A stretch of DNA of 64,000 nt. Source: Antedon mediterranea. Lineage: Eukaryota; Animalia; Echinodermata. Numbering within the stretch: position 1 is the stretch's first letter; each line of letters opens with the position of its first letter. The stretch covers positions 23,681,648-23,745,647 of the forward strand of contig NC_092673.1 in NCBI RefSeq assembly GCF_964355755.1. The letters are read 5' to 3'. The translations under genes were made by a program, and so were the position numbers. Shown piece after piece: positions 61,550 to 64,000 of this stretch. The notes beneath the pieces were generated by a model. The model had not been told where the DNA came from, ran no database searches, and worked only from the letters and a program-made list of their open reading frames with translations.

Positions 61550-63636
61550 AAAATATTGTAAATTATTTTTTAGTGTATTTTTAACTTAATTTTTTAATGT
61601 TTGTCACAAGTGAGCAAAATAATTTCCCAGAATAATTGTTTTTTTAATTCAATTGAATCCATAGAGTTTTTAAAATATTCAACCAAGAAAATCAAACTTC
61701 CCAATCAGTTGGTGACAAACTGACATAGGTACTGTAGACGAACATTTTGAGACACAAAATACAAAATGATTGAGTATTTACCTCAAAATAAATTCTCTAA
61801 CACTATAACTATTTATAAATGCATAGGACAAAACTATTATTATTGAATACATCTTTTATCAACCTTCAATAAAAACACTGTATGTACAATTTATTGTTTG
61901 ACATTTAAACTGAGTGTTTATTAATCAAATTGTTTCGATACTTTTTTCTTCAATGTATATAAAATGACCTACAAGGTGTTTCTTAAGTTTGTACTCATCT
62001 TGATTAGTATAAAATATCACATCATATATCGATCAGTCCACAGATATCGACAGAAAACATTCATCATGGAAGATTATGTATCATAATATGATGGGTAAAT
62101 ATAGAAATGGGACAGACAGGGTGATTAAAAGAGAGTCATGTTAATGTCTAGTTTTAAAGCCCCATTTATCAGGATGACTCGGAAGATCTTTTGCAACCAG
62201 CCATCAATATATCAAGCCTAACATCAATCCACTATCTTCAAGACAAATTAATCTCATTAAATTCTTGATGGAGATAGTTTAAAAAGAAATAATTTTTAGG
62301 AGTTGAATGGGGAGAATATTTCAAGAGTTAAAAGATTCTATTTTAGAAAGCAGAGCAGAGCAATACATCAATGCTTGATTACCCACAACAGCTTGCTAAA
62401 TGATTTTATGAGCAGATTTAAAGAGTAAACAAAATTTGAATAAATTTTGATTTAATATACTCTGAAACTAAGCTTTAATTTTGAGTTGAAATAGGGAAGT
62501 GGCTATCGGTACAGTCAACCATGCCAGTAGTACAATCGTCTGAACGCACGTTATTATTTTCTATCAGCATGGTTAACTGTACCTCTATTGTGAAGTTTTA
62601 CAGTAGTAAGTGTAGTAAAATAGACATGATCCCAATGCTATAGAAATCCTATATCTAAGATTTTAAATTCGACCTCATGAATACAGATCTATCTATGCCA
62701 TAAAAAAGAATACCAACTATTTGTGTGTATGAATATGTAGGTCAAGACCCCAAATACTCTAATTTCAGGGAATTAATGAGCATTTCTTAATATGTGTGCG
62801 CTGATTCTTAAATCTGAGATTAAATTGTAATTTATGTATAATGATCTGACCTTAATCCAAATAGACTGGTAATTGTCCATTCCATTTGTGATTATTAAAA
62901 TCGTATTGTGTACAGGTTTGTGAAGAATATCTAGAAAGTTGGAGCCAAAAAAGATAGTTAGAATCTTCTGAGATACTAGTTTATGAAGCCATAATCACAC
63001 AGGACTTTTTTATTAAGACTACCACTGCCAGCAGTATAGCAATTTTCACTTTAATAACTCCTGTGTTTATAGGCCAGTCATTTTCTAGAGTACCATCAAG
63101 CAGCATTGTAAGTGTTAATTAATCGGACTTGCCCAGTAATTCAGTAGTTCATTTGGCAAAACTTATTTTTTTTCTGCGTCATCAATGTTTGTTTGTGGTT
63201 TGGACCACAATGATTGATGAATAAATGGATGTTTCTGATTGGTCAGTAGTTTATATTTGTATGATAAATATTTGTCTTATTACCTGTGAAATTTTCAACA
63301 AAACTCAAACATTATGAATATGACGAGGTAAGCAGATAAGTGTTACGATGACCGTTTCAAAAAACCTAATCACCACAAATGTAAAACTAATGCATAATAC
63401 AGCTACTTCTTAAAACAGTTTGATTATGACATTCAAATCTGTTTCCAAACTAAAACACACTATTGCAATAACTCTTTTCTTACTTGGACACCAATGAATA
63501 GAATAAATTGTAATAAAGGAACGATAAATCAATGTACAGGTTATATAATCTCAAGAAAACATTAAACATGCAGTAAATCCAATACATCCAAATGTCCAAG
63601 TTTTATTGTTGTAGATGGTTGTAACTATTATTAATA

Positions 63637-63970
63637 CTAGCTGATTCACAACCAAACGAGAACGAGATTCGTTTGGTTATTTCATATTCCTAAACTTGGA
63701 TTTTGACATTTTCTATTTTTGTATTAGATTTTTTTCTTTGTTTTCATTGCCTGATTCAATCATTGGAAAGAACCGACTTCTTGACCGTTTGATAGAGCTA
63801 TATCCGTTTTCACACTGAATTTAATTAACGTGACAATCAAATATATATGTAGGTTAATTACAAATCTAGATATTGTCTAGTAGAACTAACATGGCTAGAC
63901 TGCAAATTAACTGTAAGATTAACAACTCACTTTAACAAAATTAAAGGAAATTGGAGATAAGATTAGTAGA
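63637..63970 (-). mobile_element. Possible short non-autonomous Helitron
   Basis: Minus-strand 3' end: hairpin AACCAAACGA/TCGTTTGGTT ~10 nt before CTAG|T; candidate 5' TCTACTA near 63970 is weak. Confidence 0.4.
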
Positions 63971-64000
63971 CATCCACGCTTTAATTTTCTTCTTTTATTT

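Noticed and set aside
60421-64000. Search for the next FAM20B exon (SFGNP...SILAPL.QCC)
   Set aside because: No matching phase-2 exon seen; the candidate acceptor near 62915 runs into a stop, so the gene continues beyond the window

Overview
AT-rich, intron-containing animal genomic DNA. An invertebrate deuterostome such as an echinoderm is my inference from the SINE, MITE and GPCR repertoire. Protein-coding content: (1) the last exon of a kisspeptin/galanin/allatostatin-A-type class A GPCR (+, 4198-4918; first exon upstream of the window); (2) a complete two-exon paralogous GPCR on the minus strand (22908-22502 + 19614-18888, 377 aa), tail-to-tail with the first and sharing its phase-2 intron position; (3) the first five coding exons of a FAM20B glycosaminoglycan xylosylkinase (+, 31750-60420, continuing beyond the window). 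The rest is a dense record of mobile DNA: a decayed Rex1/Babar LINE nested in a TTAA (Kolobok-like) MITE and itself interrupted by a poly(A) retro-insertion, several PIF/Harbinger-type MITE families, tRNA-derived SINEs, an RTE tail, Helitron/Helentron derivatives and minisatellites. The most notable signals are: two hammerhead ribozyme motifs (5801-5837 minus, 28751-28799 plus); at least 21 copies of TAGGCCTA plus dozens of TACAGTA/TACTGTA, which comparisons between repeat copies show are insertions at TA (candidate transposon excision footprints); a ~0.9 kb array of TACTAAC branch-point/QKI-like motifs starting right after a FAM20B 5' splice site; two decayed copies of the GPCR C-tail downstream of its own stop codon; and a 31-bp TIR-only element with a 7-bp target duplication. 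All counts and alignments were done by eye.
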